This document shows positions 24,820-38,396 of a stretch of 64,000 nt of DNA, piece by piece. The notes under the pieces are model-generated. The model had not been told where the DNA came from. It saw only the letters and a list, made by a program, of their open reading frames with translations, and ran no database searches. The DNA comes from Pristiophorus japonicus (taxonomy: Eukaryota). Positions within the stretch are counted from its first letter, which is position 1, and each line of letters starts with the position of its first letter. The translations under genes were made by a program, and so were the position numbers. The stretch spans positions 218,488,001-218,552,000 of the forward strand of contig NC_091984.1 in the NCBI RefSeq assembly GCF_044704955.1. Reading direction: 5' to 3'.

Positions 24820-27190
24820 TAGATCTGGTCCTGTGTAATGAGACAGGAAAAATAAACGATCTCCGAGTAAAAGATCCTCTCGGAATGAGTGATCACAGTA
24901 TAGTTGAATTTGTAATACAGATTGAGGGTGAGGAAGTAGTGTCTCAAACGAGCGTACTATGCTTAAATAAAGGGGACTACAGTGGGATGAGGGCAGAGTT
25001 GGCTAAAGTAATTTGGAAACACAGACTAAATGGTGGCAAAATTGAGGAACAGTGGAGGACTTTTAAGGAGCTCTTTCATAGTGCGCAACAAAAATATATT
25101 CCAGTGAAAAAGAAGGGCGGTAAGAGAAGGGATAACCAGCCGTGGATAACCAAGGAAATAAAGGAGAGTATCAAATTAAAGACCAATGCGTATAAGGTAG
25201 CCAAGGTTAGTGGGAAACTAGAAGATTGGGAAAATTTTAAACAACAGCAAAGAATGACTAAGAAAGCAATAAAGAAAGGAAAGATAGATTACAAAGGTAA
25301 ACTTGCGCAAAACATAAAAATAGATAATAAAAGCTTTTACCGATATATAAAATAGAAAAGAGTGACTAAAGTAAATGTTGGTCCTTTAGAAGATGAGAAG
25401 GGGGATTTAATAATGGGAAATGTGGAAATGGCTGAGACCTTAAACAATTATTTTGCTTCGGTCTTCATAGTGGAAGACACAAAAACCATGCCAAAAATTG
25501 CTGGTCACGGGAATGTGGGAAGGGAGGATCTTGAGACAATCACTATCACTCGGGGGTTAGTGCCGGACAGGCTAATGGGACTCAAAGTAGACAAGTCCCC
25601 TGGTCCTGATGAAATGCATCCCAGGGTATTAAAAGAGATGGCAGAAGTTATAGCAGATGCATTCATTATAATCTACCAAAATTCTCTGGACTCTAGGGAG
25701 GTACGAGCGGATTGGAAAGCAGCTAATGTAATGCCTTTGTTTAAAAAAAGGGGGCAGACAAAAGGCAGGTAACTATAGGCCGGTTAGTTTAACATCTGTA
25801 GTGGGGAAAATGCTTGAAACTATCATTAAGGAAGAAATAGCAGGACATCTAGATAGGAATAGTGCAATCAAGCAGACGCAGCATGGATTCATGAAGGGGA
25901 AATCATGTTTAACTAATTTACTGGAATTCTTTGAGGATATCACGAGCATGGTGGATAGAGGTGTACCGATGGATGTGGTGTATTTAGATTTCCAAAAGGC
26001 ATTCGATAAGGTGCCACACAAAAGGTTACTGCAGAAGATAAAGGTACGCGGAGTCAGAGGAAATGTATTAGCATGGATAGAGAATTGGCTGACAAACAGG
26101 AAGCAGAGAGTCGGGATAAATGGGTCCTTTTCAGGTTGGAAATCGGTGGTTAGTGGTGTGCCACAGGGATCGGTGCTGGGACCACAACTGTTTACAATAT
26201 ACATAGATGACCTGGAAGAGGGGCAGAGTGTAGTGTAACAAAATTTGCAGATGACACAAAGATTAGTGGGAAAGCGGGTTGTGTAGAGGACACAGAGAGG
26301 CTGCAAAGAGATTTAGATAGGTTAAGCGAATGGGCTAAGGTTTGGCAGATGAAATACAATGTCGGAAAGTGTGAGGTCACCCACCTTGGGAAAAAAAACA
26401 GAAAAAGGGAATATTATTTGAATGGGGAGAAATTACAACATGCTGCGGTGCAGAGGGACCTGGGGGTCCTTGTGCATGAATCCCAAAAAGTTAGTTTGCA
26501 GGTGCAGCAGGTAATCAGGAAGGCGAATGGAATGTTGGCCTTCATTGCGAGAGGGATGGACTACAAAAGCAGGGAGGTCCTGCTGCAACTGTATAGGGTA
26601 TTGGTGAGGCCGCACCTGGAGTACTGCGTGCTGTTTTGGTCACCTTACTTAAGGAAGGATATACTAGCTTTGGAGGGGTTACAGAGACGATTCACTAGGC
26701 TGATTCCGGAGATGAGGGGGTTACCTTATGATGATAGATTGAGTAGACTGGGTCTTTACTCGTTGGAGTTCAGAAGGATGAAGGGTGATCTTATAGAAAC
26801 ATTTAAAATAATGAAAGAGATAGACAAGATAAAGGCAGAGAGGTTGTTTCCACTGGTCGGGGAGACTAGAACTAGGGGGCACAGCCTCAAAATACGGGGG
26901 AGCCAATTTAAAACCGAATTGAGAAGGAATTTCTTCTCCCAGAGGGTTGTGAATCTGTGGAATTCTCTGTCCAAGGAAGCAGTTGAGGCTAGCTCATTGA
27001 ATGTATTCAAGTCACAGATCGATAGATTTTTAACCAATAAGGAAATTAAGGGTTATGGGGAGCGGGCGGGTAAGTGGAGCTGAGTCCACGGCCAGATCAG
27101 CCATGATCTTGTTGAATGGCGGAGCAGGCTCGAGGGGCTAGATGGCCTACTCCTGTTCCTAATTCTTATGTTCTTATGTTCTTATGTTCT
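24820..27190 (+). mobile_element. Young 5'-truncated CR1 LINE nested in the Gypsy RT
   Basis: Nearly continuous ORF2 (24885-27083) including [10 protein letters not shown] and FADDTK; (TTCTTATG)n tail. Confidence 0.92.
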
Positions 27191-28215
27191 CCTGCCAGTG
27201 TCGCAAATAGGTCGTCTGCCTTGCGTAGCGGGTTCTGGTCCTGCAGCGAAAAACGGTTAATCGTTACTTTATAGTCCCCACAAATTCTGACCTGCCATCG
27301 CCCTTGAGAACCGGAACAATCGGACTGGCCCACTCATTGAACTCCACCGGTGCGATGATGCCCTCTCGTTGCAGCCTGTCCAGCTCGATCTCCACTTTCT
27401 CTCACATCAGGCATGGCACCACCCGTGCCTTGTGGTGGATGGGTCGTGTACCGGGAATCAAGTGGATCTGCACCTTCGCCCCAGAGAAATTTTCGATGTC
27501 TGGCTCAAACAACAACGGAAACTTGCTCAAAACTTGGTTACATGAGGCGTCGTCGACTGACAAAAGCACTTGGATGTAGTCCCAGTTCCAGCGGATTTTT
27601 CCCAGCCAGCTTCTGCTGAACAGTGTGGGGCCATCTCCTGGTACAATCCATAGTGCTAGTTTGTGCACTGCTTCATCATAGGAGACTTTTACTGCTGCAC
27701 TGCCATTTACTGGGATCAGCTCTTTAGTGTTAGTTCTCAGCTTGGTATGAATAGGGCTCAGCTTGGGCCTGTGTGCCTTGTTGCACCACAGCCTATCGAA
27801 GGCCATTTTGCTCATGATAAACTGACTCACACCCGTGTCCAATTCCATGGATACTGGAATTCCGTTCAGCTCAACTTTTAACATGATCGGTGGACATTTC
27901 GTGGTGAAGGTGTGTACCCCGTAACTTCTACCTCCTCGGTTTGTGTCTCTAGTTCAATTAGATCGGCCATGGATCGGTCTTCCTCTGCAACGTGGTGTTT
28001 TGTAGCTCGTCTGCACATTCGCTGGAGTTGACCCATTGTTCCATAGCCTTTGCACGCATAGTGTTTGAAGCAGCATTGATCGGCTCGATGGTCACCACCG
28101 CAGTGCCAACAAGGTGTCAATTGCCTCGCATTCATGCTTGATGGCGGACTCTGAGTCATCTGAGGTCGTGCAGCTACAGGCATGTACTTTCTGATATATG
28201 CATTCCGAACTGAAA

Positions 28216-29038
28216 TATAGAAACATAGAAAATAGATGCAGGAGTAGGCCATTCAGCCCTTCGAGCCTGCACCACCATTCAATAAGACCATGGCTGATCA
28301 TTCACCTCAGTACCCCTTTGCTGCTTTCTCTCCATACCCCTTGATTCCTTTAGCCGTAAGGGCCATATCTAACTCCCTCTTGAATATATCTAACGAACTG
28401 GCCTCAACAGCTTTCTGCGGTAGATAATTCCACAGGTTAACAATTCCCTGAGTGAAGAAATTTCTCCTCATCTTGGTCCTAAATAGCTTACCCCTTATAC
28501 TTAGACTGTGGCCCCTGGTTCTGGACTTCCCCAGTATCGGGGACATTCTTCCTGCCTCTAACCTGTCCAATCCCGTCAGAATTTTATATGTTTCTATGAG
28601 ATGCCCTCTCATTCTTCTAAACTCCAGTGAATACAGGCCCAGTCGATCCAATCTCTCCTCATATGTCAATCCTGCCATCCCGGGAATCAGACTGGTGAAC
28701 CTTCGCTGCACTCACTCAATAGCAAGAATGTCCTTCCTCAGATTAGGAGACCAAAACTGAACACAATATTCCAGGTGAGGCCTCACCAAGGCCCTGTACA
28801 ACTGCAGTAAGACCTCCCTGCTCCTATACTCAAATCCCCTAGCTATGAAGACCAACATGCCATTTGCCTTCTTCACTGCCTGCTGTACCTGCATGTCAAC
28901 TTTCAATGATTGCTGTGCCATGACACCCAGGTCTCGTTGCAACTCCCCTTTTCCTAATCTGTCGCCATTCAGATAATATTCTGCCTTCCTGTTTTTGCCA
29001 CCAAATTGGATAACCTCACATTTATCCACATTATATTG
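28216..29038 (-). mobile_element. CR1 LINE 3' fragment nested in Gypsy gag
   Basis: ORFs 28307..29029(-) encode the CR1 C-terminus; CATAGAAA-type tail. Confidence 0.9.
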
Positions 29039-30600
29039 TGTACAGTACTTGCCGAAGCATCTTTATGCTGCAAAATTTGTTCGGTGTTATTGCTGGTGGA
29101 CAGAAATGCCTGGGCTATCGTTATGGCTTTGCTCAGGTTCGGTGTTTCAACAGTCAATAGTTTGCGAAGGATAACCTCATGGCCAATACCAAGCACAAAA
29201 AGGTCTCTTAGCATTTGCTCCAGGAATCCATCGAATTTGCAATGTCTTGCAAGGCGCCTTAGTTCAGCGATATAGCTCACCACTTCCTGGCCTACAGACC
29301 GCTGACATGTGTAAAATCGATATCTTGCCATCAGAACGCTCTCCTTCGGATTTAGGTGCTTTCGCACCAACATGCACAGTTCTTCATACGATTTGGTTGT
29401 TGATTTCACTGGAGCAAGAAGATTCTTCATGAGGCCATAGGTTGTTGCTCCGTAGACGGTGAGGAGGATTGCCTGTCGTTTGGCAGTGTTCACACTCCCT
29501 TCCAGCTCATTGGCCACGAAGTATTGGTCGAGTCGCTCCACGAAGGCCTCCCAATCGTCCCCTTCTTAGAATTTCTCCAGGATACCAACAGTTCTCTGCA
29601 TTTTCACGTGATGGTTCATTATCTCGTCGCCAGTTGTTTAGTCTCAAATAAAGCGATGTGACCACATACTGTAGACGTGAATAAATGTGACCTTAATCTC
29701 TTTATTCTAACTCCAGACTGCTGGTACAGAATTGGAGCCCTGCTTATATACAGTGCTCCCAAGGGATGCTGGGATCCCTTGGGACTCCAACAGATACGAC
29801 CTCTGGTGGTGGTAGAATACTGGTTACGTAACGTTGCATAACAGCAAGTATGCAGTTACAGCAAGTGATCAGAAGGCCAATGGAATCTTGGCCTTTATTG
29901 CAAAGGGGATGGAGCATAAAAGCAGGGAAGTCTTGCTACAGTTATACAGGATATTGGTGAGGCCACACCTGGAATACTGCGTGCAGTTTTGGTTTCCATA
30001 TTTACAAAGGGATATACATGCTTTGGGGGCACTTCAGAGAAGGTTCACAAGGTTGATTCCGGAGATGAGGGGGTTGACTTGTGAGGAAAGTTTGAGGTTG
30101 GGCCTCTACTCATTGGAATTCAGAAGAATGAGAGGTGATCTTATCGAAACATATAAGACTATGAGGGGGCTTGACAAGGTGGATGCAGAGAGGATGTTTC
30201 CACTAATAGGGGAGACTAGAACTAGGGGACATAATCTTAGAATAAGGAACCCCCCATTTAAAACTGAGATGAGGAGGAATTTCTTCTCTCAGAGGGCTGT
30301 AAATCTGTGGAATTCGCTGCTTCAGAGAGCTGTGGAAGCTGGGACATTGAAAAATTTAAGACAGAGATAGACAGTTTCTTAACTGATAAGGGAATAAGGG
30401 GTTATGGGGTGCGGGCAGGGAAGTGGACCTGAGTCCATGATCGGATCAGCCATGATCGTATTAAGTGGCAGAGCAGGCTCGAGGGACCGAATGGCCTACA
30501 CTTATTGCTATTTCTTATGTTCTTATGTATGTATCGAAAATATGTTTATAGACTGTTCTGGCAACAGGAGAAACGAATCTGAAAGTAGAGTCACATTTAC

Positions 30601-30787
30601 GAGGAAATGGAAACAAATTTGGTGTTGACGTGAAAGCAATGACAATGTGACCATTCAGTAGAAACTTTGGACTGGGTGTGGAAGTGAATCAATGGTGTAT
30701 ATAATATTCCATGCATAGAGCATTTTAATAATTGTGGCTGACTATTTTTAGAATATGTGAAGGCGGGGTCAGCAGCTGGTTTATAAG
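30601..30787 (+). promoter_or_regulatory. OAS copy 2 promoter: ISRE GAGGAAATGGAAAC (30601-30614), TGACGT, TATAAG
   Basis: Fits the ISRE/IRF-E consensus GAAANNGAAAC; paralogous position in copies 1 and 3. Confidence 0.65.
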
Positions 30788-30828
30788 CAGGCTGTTGTCA
30801 CACCAAGCTCACTTCTGTGAAAGCTGGA

Positions 30829-31002
30829 ATGATGGCGTTATACAGAACTGAACCCAAGAGGTTGGACGATTTCATCAAAACTAATCTGGAGCCAGATGCA
30901 TTTAACGTTGAAGTGAGGAACGCTGTGCACAGGATCTGTGAATTTTTGAGGAATCTGTGTTTTATCAACCGACCCGAGATCAAAGTAATCAAAGCCGTTA
31001 AA
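30829..31002 (+). CDS. OAS: OAS/OASL-like copy 2, exon 1
   Basis: MMALYRTEPKRLDDFIKTNL...KVIKAVK; donor GTAAGC at 31003. Confidence 0.92.
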
Positions 31003-31107
31003 GTAAGCTATTTTATTTTTAATGGCGAATAGTTAATGAATTGTGTGTACAATAAATTACTATTTAAAATATCAGACAGCTTCCCTTGTTTATGAATGGA
31101 GGTGTAT

Positions 31108-31400
31108 CTAAGGATAAGGGGTAAGCCATTTCGGACCGAGATGAGGAGAAACTTCTTCACCCAGAGAGTGGTGAACCTGTGGAATTCTCTACCACAGAAA
31201 GTTGTTGAGGCCAATTCACCAAATATATTCAAAAAGGAGTTAGATGTAGTACTTACTACTAGGGGGATCAAAGGGGTATGGCGAGAAAGCAGGAATGGGG
31301 TACTGAAGTTGTATGTTCAGCCATGAACTCATTGAATGGCGGTGCAGGCTAGAAGGGCCGGATGGCCTACTCCTGCACCTATTTTCTATGTTTCTATGTT
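31108..31400 (+). mobile_element. CR1 3' fragment, specific to copy 2 intron 1
   Basis: Absent from the homologous intron of copies 1 and 3; (TTTCTATG)n tail. Confidence 0.85.
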
Positions 31401-32831
31401 TTATGATGTGATTGCTCATTTTTACTGATTTTAAACATTAACTTTCCTGTTTTCTGCGCTGAGCTCCTTCTGTCCAGATGGTGCAGACTTTCCGTGGGAT
31501 ACAGACCCACAGACACCAGCTGCCTCCAGTACCACCCTCAGGTTAACGGGACTGGCTGGCATCGCCAGAATCTCCTGCAAATTCTGTGCCTTAAGACGAT
31601 GTAAATGCGCAATTTACAATGTCGCAAGTTTCCTAAATATCTCACCCAATTTATTGGGAATGCTTTGCCTAAAGGGACAGAATATTCTTGCTCTGCTTGT
31701 TTTTAAGTTTAAGCGGTTTTAGATGTACTTCCGATAAAGAGAAGGTTCACTTTAAATCTACTCCTCTGACAGAATGACATTTAGATGCAGATCTCTACAA
31801 AGTTCAGTGTGCTTTAAATCTGCTCCTTTCAAAATCAGCAGCTTTTGTTTCCTTAAAGTTCCAGCATGTATTTAATTTTAAAAATCTAAATCAGTACATT
31901 ACTTTGTGTTATTTGAAATACAACTTTCAGGTTATTTATGAATCAAATATACTTCACAATTTGGGAAAGGATGTGAGTATTGCTCCCTCAATACACCCCC
32001 CTCTCACCCCACCACCCCTCCCAATGCTGCCTCCATTCATCCTATCTCCAGTCAGCTACAATGAAGAAACAACATAGTGAGTCTGTCACATAAACTCTAA
32101 TATAAGGGAAGGAGAGAGCAGACCACAGCTAGGTGGTTGTTCGTGGCATCACCCTATTGAGCCTGTTCATTTTGAAAATGGTCACCATGACAGGTATCAA
32201 CAGCCCTAGTTTGTATCGTGTGATTTTATTCTCGTGCTTAAACAGTATGTTGTTTGGCAGATTCTGACTTGGTACTCGCTCTGTCAGTGGCTGATACGGG
32301 AAATGAAAGGAATTAAGCCAATTCTCCAAATACTGTAACACCACTCATTTGAAAACAGATGAGGTGTTAAAATTGACCACAACACACCACACAAGAATGC
32401 AACTCTCTGTCTAGTGATCCCACTCCCGCTCACCTTCCAGTCACACTTGCTGGAAAGTCTGCATGTGTCCAGTGAGGGCAAGATTGGGCTGTGATGCACC
32501 ACACAGTTCAATAACCTACTGACACCTGCAGTCTAGGATCACACATGAAGAATGGTTACTGAGGGGAATTAATGAAGAATGCTTGTGGAACTGTGTCCCA
32601 TTAAGAGTCAGCACCTTCAGGCAAAGGGGAAAGAAAAGGGCAGCAAAAATTATGTCAATGCTAATTCTGAGCCCAAAGCAACAATATAGATAATCTGCAT
32701 TGTCTCATTGACTGTTGAAAACTGAAGAGAATCAATGCACTCATTTCCTTATGCAAGATTTCTGGAATGGGTAAGTTCACCAGTAGCTGGAATATTCGAA
32801 AATAATTATCTATTCTGCTTCCTCACCTCAG

Positions 32832-33123
32832 GGTGGGTCATCAGGGAAAGGAACAGCTTTAAGGAATGGCTCAGATGCGGATCTGGTCGTCTTCCTCAGT
32901 TGCTTCAAGGATTTCCAGGAGCAGAGAGACACCAGGCAGGAAGTTCTTGAGGAAATTCGCCAAATGTTGGAAAGGTGCTCACGAAGCCTTGCCTATGAGA
33001 TCCGTGATATCAATATCACTATAATACCGAACATCTCACCAAAATCACTGAGCTTCGTGCTGAAATCGAAGAAGAATTCAAACAATGTGGAGTTTGATGT
33101 TTTGCCAGCCTTTGATGCCTCAA
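32832..33123 (+). CDS. OAS: OAS/OASL-like copy 2, exon 2 (GGSSGKGT P-loop, DAD, FDVLPAFD)
   Basis: 292 nt, phase 0 to phase 1, open, with the nucleotidyltransferase catalytic Asp triad. Confidence 0.95.
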
Positions 33124-33939
33124 GTAAGAATTGATATGAATGTTATAAGACACCTGTACCTATCATTAAAGCTCAAATTTAATTTTAATTCTTCCCTGAG
33201 CCTCTGCTACTCATCAAGAAAGACGGGAAGAGAGTGGACATTATCCGCTTTGCTCCATCACATGTTCCATTCCTAGTTAAGGTGATGCAACAGTTGAGTT
33301 CCATATTTAGTTATTGCTAAGGAAGAGTATGTTACAATGTACTTTCTGAGTGTATCAGATGCAAAAACCTGTCACAGACACATGGGGACCTATCACAGGA
33401 GAGGTAATGAGTGATATTAGCCTAGGTTTATGATTGACATTATTTTAACACTGGCGGTAACCCAGGTTGGTATTAAAATTACACTGATGGGAAGTCTAGG
33501 ATACTGACTCTTAAAGCAAATCTAACCAGTAATCAGATGATGAATATATTCAAGTTGAGATCAATAGATTGTTTGGCACTAAGACAATCAAAGGATCTGG
33601 GAAGAGGACGAGACACTGGATGTAGAAGTTTAGCTGTGATCTTGTTGAATAGTGGAGCTGGCTCAACAGATCATATCACCTACCCTACTCCTATTTCTTA
33701 TGTTTTTGATAGAAATTCCGATGTCCCGATCCGTATGAAGTTTCTACAGACCCGGGAAGGCACCGGAAAAGCAGGTTTTCAGCGCGCAATGCGCATGTGC
33801 TGAAAACTGGCTTTTCCGATCTGTCAAGCTGGAGATCGTAGACATATCAGGAGTGAGGACATTTCTCGGGCACAATTGTGGGATTTACTCATATCTTGCC
33901 CAGCAAATATCCTCAAAAATCTTGCGCCTGAAAAAGCAA

Positions 33940-34725
33940 AAACATGAAGGCAGAATATTATCTGAATGGCGGCAGATTAGGAAAAGGGAAGGTGCAACGA
34001 GACCTGGGTGTCATGGTACATCAGTCATTGAAGGTTGGCATGCAGGTACAGCAGGCGGTGAAGAAGGCAAATGGCATGTTGACCTTCATAGCTAGGGGAT
34101 TTGAGTACAGGGGCAGGGAGGTCTTGCTGCAGCTGTACAGAGCCTTGGTGAGGCCTCACCTGGAATATTGTGTTCAGTTTTGGTCTCCTAATCTGAGGAA
34201 GGACATTCTTGCTATTGAGGGAGTGCAGTGAAGGTTCACCAGACTGATTCCCGGGATGGCAGGACTGACATATGAGAAGAGACTGGAGCGACTGGGCCTG
34301 TATTCACTGGAGTTTAGATGAATGAGAGGGGATCTCATAGAAACATATGAAATTCTGACAGGACTGGACAGGTTAGATGCAGGAAGAATGTTCCTGATGT
34401 TGGGGGAGTCCAGAACCAGGGGACACAGTCCAAGGATAAGGGGTAAGCCATTTAGGACCGAGATGAGGAGAAACTTCTTCACTCAGAGAGTTGTTAACCT
34501 GTGGAATTCTCTTCCGCAGAGAGTTGTTGATGCCAGTTCGTTAGATATATTCAAGAGGGAATTGGATATGGTCCTTATGGCTAAAGGGATCAAGTGGTAT
34601 GGAGAGAAAGCAGGAAAGGGGTACTGAGGTGAATGATCAGCCATGATCTTATTGAATGGTGGTGCAGGCTCAAAGTGCCGAATGGCCTACTCCTGCACCT
34701 ATTTTCTATGTTTCTATGTTTCTAG
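33940..34725 (+). mobile_element. CR1 LINE 3' fragment in intron 2
   Basis: ORFs 33944..34627 encode the CR1 C-terminus; tail present. Confidence 0.88.
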
Positions 34726-35364
34726 CCTACTTTTACTCATAAGCACAGTACTCAGTCACATTGCTTTATTTGAGACATAACACAAGTAACCCACTGCAGC
34801 CCTGGCTGAGATCAGCACTGGGACCTAGAACCTTCTTGCTCTGCGTGGCTCAAGTACTACATCACTCTAACTTACTGGCTTTATCATTAACTGTCACATT
34901 AGATTACCCCAATGCTCACTATATGTCATTGATATCTAACATAATCAAAGGCTATCAGCAAGTAAATACCTTCCAACAGGGAAGAAGAGATTAGAGAATG
35001 AGTTGCTCTACTTGTAGACACACATGTTCGCAGCCAGATCTAAAGCAGCATTAGCAGATACTTTAGACCAGGTCAACTGTGGAAACCTATAAATGCATAA
35101 TTGGGACTTGAAGGAGAGAAAGAGAGGGAGTCCTCCCAGGACATAGAGAGGGAGGGAGAGAGAGAGAGATACCTCCTGGGACATGGAGAGAAATTTGAGA
35201 AACTTTCATGAGATTAAATAAATGAGGCAGCATCCACTAAAATGCAGGTATACAAGGTCTGTTTGATTGATGGGCTAAATGAACTGTTCTCACTAAATAC
35301 TTGTCTTCGAAACTGCTTGGAACCACAGTAAGCTGTTGCTCATTAACTATTTCATTTCTTGCAG

Positions 35365-35540
35365 TGGGATTGGACAATGCAAATGAAGCACATCTCAAAT
35401 TAATACATTTTGTGAGCAAAAATGGAGATCCAAATGGGGAATTTTCTGCCTGTTTTACTGAGCTTCAGAGAAAATTTGTGAAGCAGCGTCCTTCAAAAGT
35501 CAAAGACTTGATTCGCCTGGTAAAATATTGGTACAAACAG
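35365..35540 (+). CDS. OAS: OAS/OASL-like copy 2, exon 3 ([35 protein letters not shown])
   Basis: OAS signature FSxCFTELQ...K.LIRLVK.WY; acceptor ttgcag and donor GTGAGT; phases are consistent. Confidence 0.95.
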
Positions 35541-35839
35541 GTGAGTGACTTGTTAATCCTTGGAGAACTATGGAAAGATTGGGGTCAATATTTGCAATAA
35601 TTGAAGATTATTACTTCTCCTCTGCTGGAATCTGGCTTTGCTCAAAGTTGTTGGAAGGAATTTGAATGAAGGGGTGAGCTCGTGTACATCTTCTGGCTTA
35701 GGCTGAACACAGGTTAGACCAGATCCTGATTGTCAAGGAAATTAAAGTCCAATTTGCTGATCCCATGCTCTGTGGGGGAGCTGTGTTCAAAGGGAGTAAA
35801 GGTCAGAGATGGAGTCTCAATCGTTTAACCTACACCTCC

Positions 35840-37545
35840 TATGAACGTATCCAAATTTGTCAATGACACAAAGATAGATGAAAGCACAGAATTACAAAGA
35901 GATATTGACAGATTAAGTGGATGGGAAAACTATGGCAAATTTCAATGTAGACATAAGTGAGGTCATGCAGTTTGGACCTAAAAAGGATAGAACAGGGTAC
36001 TTTATAAATGGTAAAATGCTAAAAACAGTGGAGGTCCAAAGAGTTTTGGGTGTCCAAGTACATAGATCATTGAACTATCATGAATAGGTACAGAAAATAT
36101 TCAGAAAATATTCAGAAATATAAAGACCAAATGCAATGCTGGTCTTTATATCTAGAGGACTAGAATACAAGGGGGTAGAAGTTATGCTACAGCTATATAA
36201 AGCCCTGGTTAGTCCACACCTGGAGTACTCTGAGCAGTTCTGGGCACCACATCTTATGAAGGATATTTTGGCCTTTGAGGGAGTGCAGCATAGGTTTACC
36301 AGAATGATACCTGGACTCTGGGGGTTAATTACGAGGAGAGATTACACAAAACTAGGATTGTATTCCCTGGAATTTAGAAGGTGAAGGGGTGAATTGATCA
36401 AAGTTTTCAAGATATTAAGGGAACAGATAGGGTAGACAGGGAGAAACTATTGCCGCTAGTTAAGGGTAGTAGAATTTTAGAACTCTCTTCTGCAAACGGC
36501 AATTGATGCTAGATCAGTTGTTAATTTTAAATCTGAGATCAATAGCTTTTTGTTAACCAAATATATTAAAGAATTTGGGGCAAAGGCAGGTATGTGGAGT
36601 CAGGTCATTGAATGGCAGAACAGGCTCAAGGGGCTAACTGGCCTACTCCTGTCCCTATGGTTCTATGTTCTAATTGGGAGCGAGGAACAGGGATTTTATC
36701 TTTTAGAATTCACCGAGTCCTTCAATATTGTGTCTTCGAGGATTTTGGTTTCTTTGAACCTGCACATGGCAAGTTTCATCAGTCTCCTCCAACTGCAATT
36801 TAAAAAAAAAATTTGTTCCTGCATGTGGCGTCGATGGCAAGGTCAGCATTTATTTACCCTTGAGAAGGTGGTGGTGAGCCGCCTTCTTAAACCACTGCAC
36901 TCCTTGTGGTGAAGGAACTCCCACAGTGCTGTTAGGGAGGGAGTTCTAGGATTTTGACCCAGCAACAATGAAGGAATGGCGATATATGAAGGATGGTCGG
37001 TAACTTATGGGGAACTTGTGTTCATGCTCCTCATTGCTCCCATTCGCCTGCTGCCCTTGTCCTTCTGGTGGTAGAGGTTGCGGGTTTGGGAGGTGCTGCC
37101 GAAGAAGCCTTGGCGAGTTGCTGCAGTGCATCTTGTAGATGGGACAGACTGCAGCCACGGTGCACCGGTGGTGGAGGGATTGACTATTGAAGGTGGTGGA
37201 TGGGGTGCCAATCAAGCTGCCTGCTTTGTCCTGGATTGTGTTGAGCTTCTTAAGTGTCATCCAAGCAAGTGGGGAGTATTCAATCACACACCTGACTTGT
37301 GCGTTGTAGATGATGGAAAGATTTTGGGGAGACAGGAGGTGGAGCACTCGTCACAGAATACCCAGCCCCTGACCTGCTCTTGTTGCCACTGTATTTATGT
37401 GGCTGATCCAGTTAAGTTTCTGGTCAATGGTGACCCCCTAGGATGTTGATGGTGGGAGATCCGGCAACGGTAATGCCATTGAATATCAAGGGGAGGTGGT
37501 TAGACTCTCGCTTGTTGGAGATGGTCATTGACTGGCACTTGTGTG
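35840..37545. mobile_element. Degenerate LINE fragments in intron 3 (CR1 + strand about 35840-36670; second CR1/L2-like - strand about 36810-37545)
   Basis: ORFs 36136..36384(+) and 36946..37347(-) (IYNAQVRCVIEYSPLAW) are LINE ORF2 C-termini. Confidence 0.75.
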
Positions 37546-38396
37546 GTCATTGTTTGGTACTGGTTGCATCTCCGGCTTCTGGCACACACTCCCAGCATGC
37601 TGCTCTTTTCAAGCCAGAAAATGGACCAAAACAAATTTCTCCCCCTATGTTTTTTAGTTGAGATGTTAAACTAATGCCCTGACTGCCCTCTCAGGTGGAT
37701 GTCATAGATCCCAAGGCATTATTTGAGGAAGAACAAGGAGCTCTGCTGGAGTTCTGGGCAACATTTAGCCATCAACAAACACCACCAAAGCAAGTTATTT
37801 AGTCATTTATCTCATTCCTATTGTGGAATCTTGCTGTGTGCAAATTGGCTGCTGCGATGCCCTACATTACATCAGCAACTACACTTCAACATACTTAATG
37901 ACTGGAAAGCTAATTTAGGACATCTTTAGGTTGTCAATCATAGAATCATAGAAGTTTACAGCACGGAAGGAGGCCATTTCGGCCCATCGTGTCCACGCCG
38001 GCCAACAAGAAGCTTTCCAGCCTTGGTGCTACATAAATCCAAGTTCTTTTTTTCTCTCTTTTGAATCCTGGCAATCCCACAAGCTATTCTATAGGTTCAT
38101 GTCTGCAATTTCCACATCTAGAGTGTTGGTTCCCCGCCTTAAATTTTGGAGGGAGGCTGAACAGAGATTATGGATTTCGTTTGATGAAAAAGTGGAATGA
38201 GGGCCACTCTGATCTTGTGGACTTCTTAGGGGGGATGTGGCAGCATCGGTCTGGGCATAGCCCCAGCCTGTACTCTCAGGGGCATTGGGTGGTCTCAAAG
38301 AATAATAAAGGTTAAATATATAGAAACAAAAATACTAAATGGAGAGGACTCGTGAATACTTTATTTTTCTTTATCTTTTTCAACAATTTACTCTAG

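Larger units (their letters stand above)
22182..29843 (-). mobile_element. Ty3/Gypsy LTR retrotransposon with two nested CR1s; LTRs 22182-22380 and 29635-29843
   Basis: TG...CA LTRs, PBS TGGCGACGAG, TSD GTAAG/GCAAG; same gag/pol family as 3527-8135. Confidence 0.92.
20790..30527 (+). mobile_element. CR1-type LINE split by a Gypsy insertion (parts about 20790-22181 and 29844-30527)
   Basis: CR1 ORF2 motifs ([32 protein letters not shown]) continue across the insertion; (TTCTTATG)n tail at about 30510. Confidence 0.9.
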
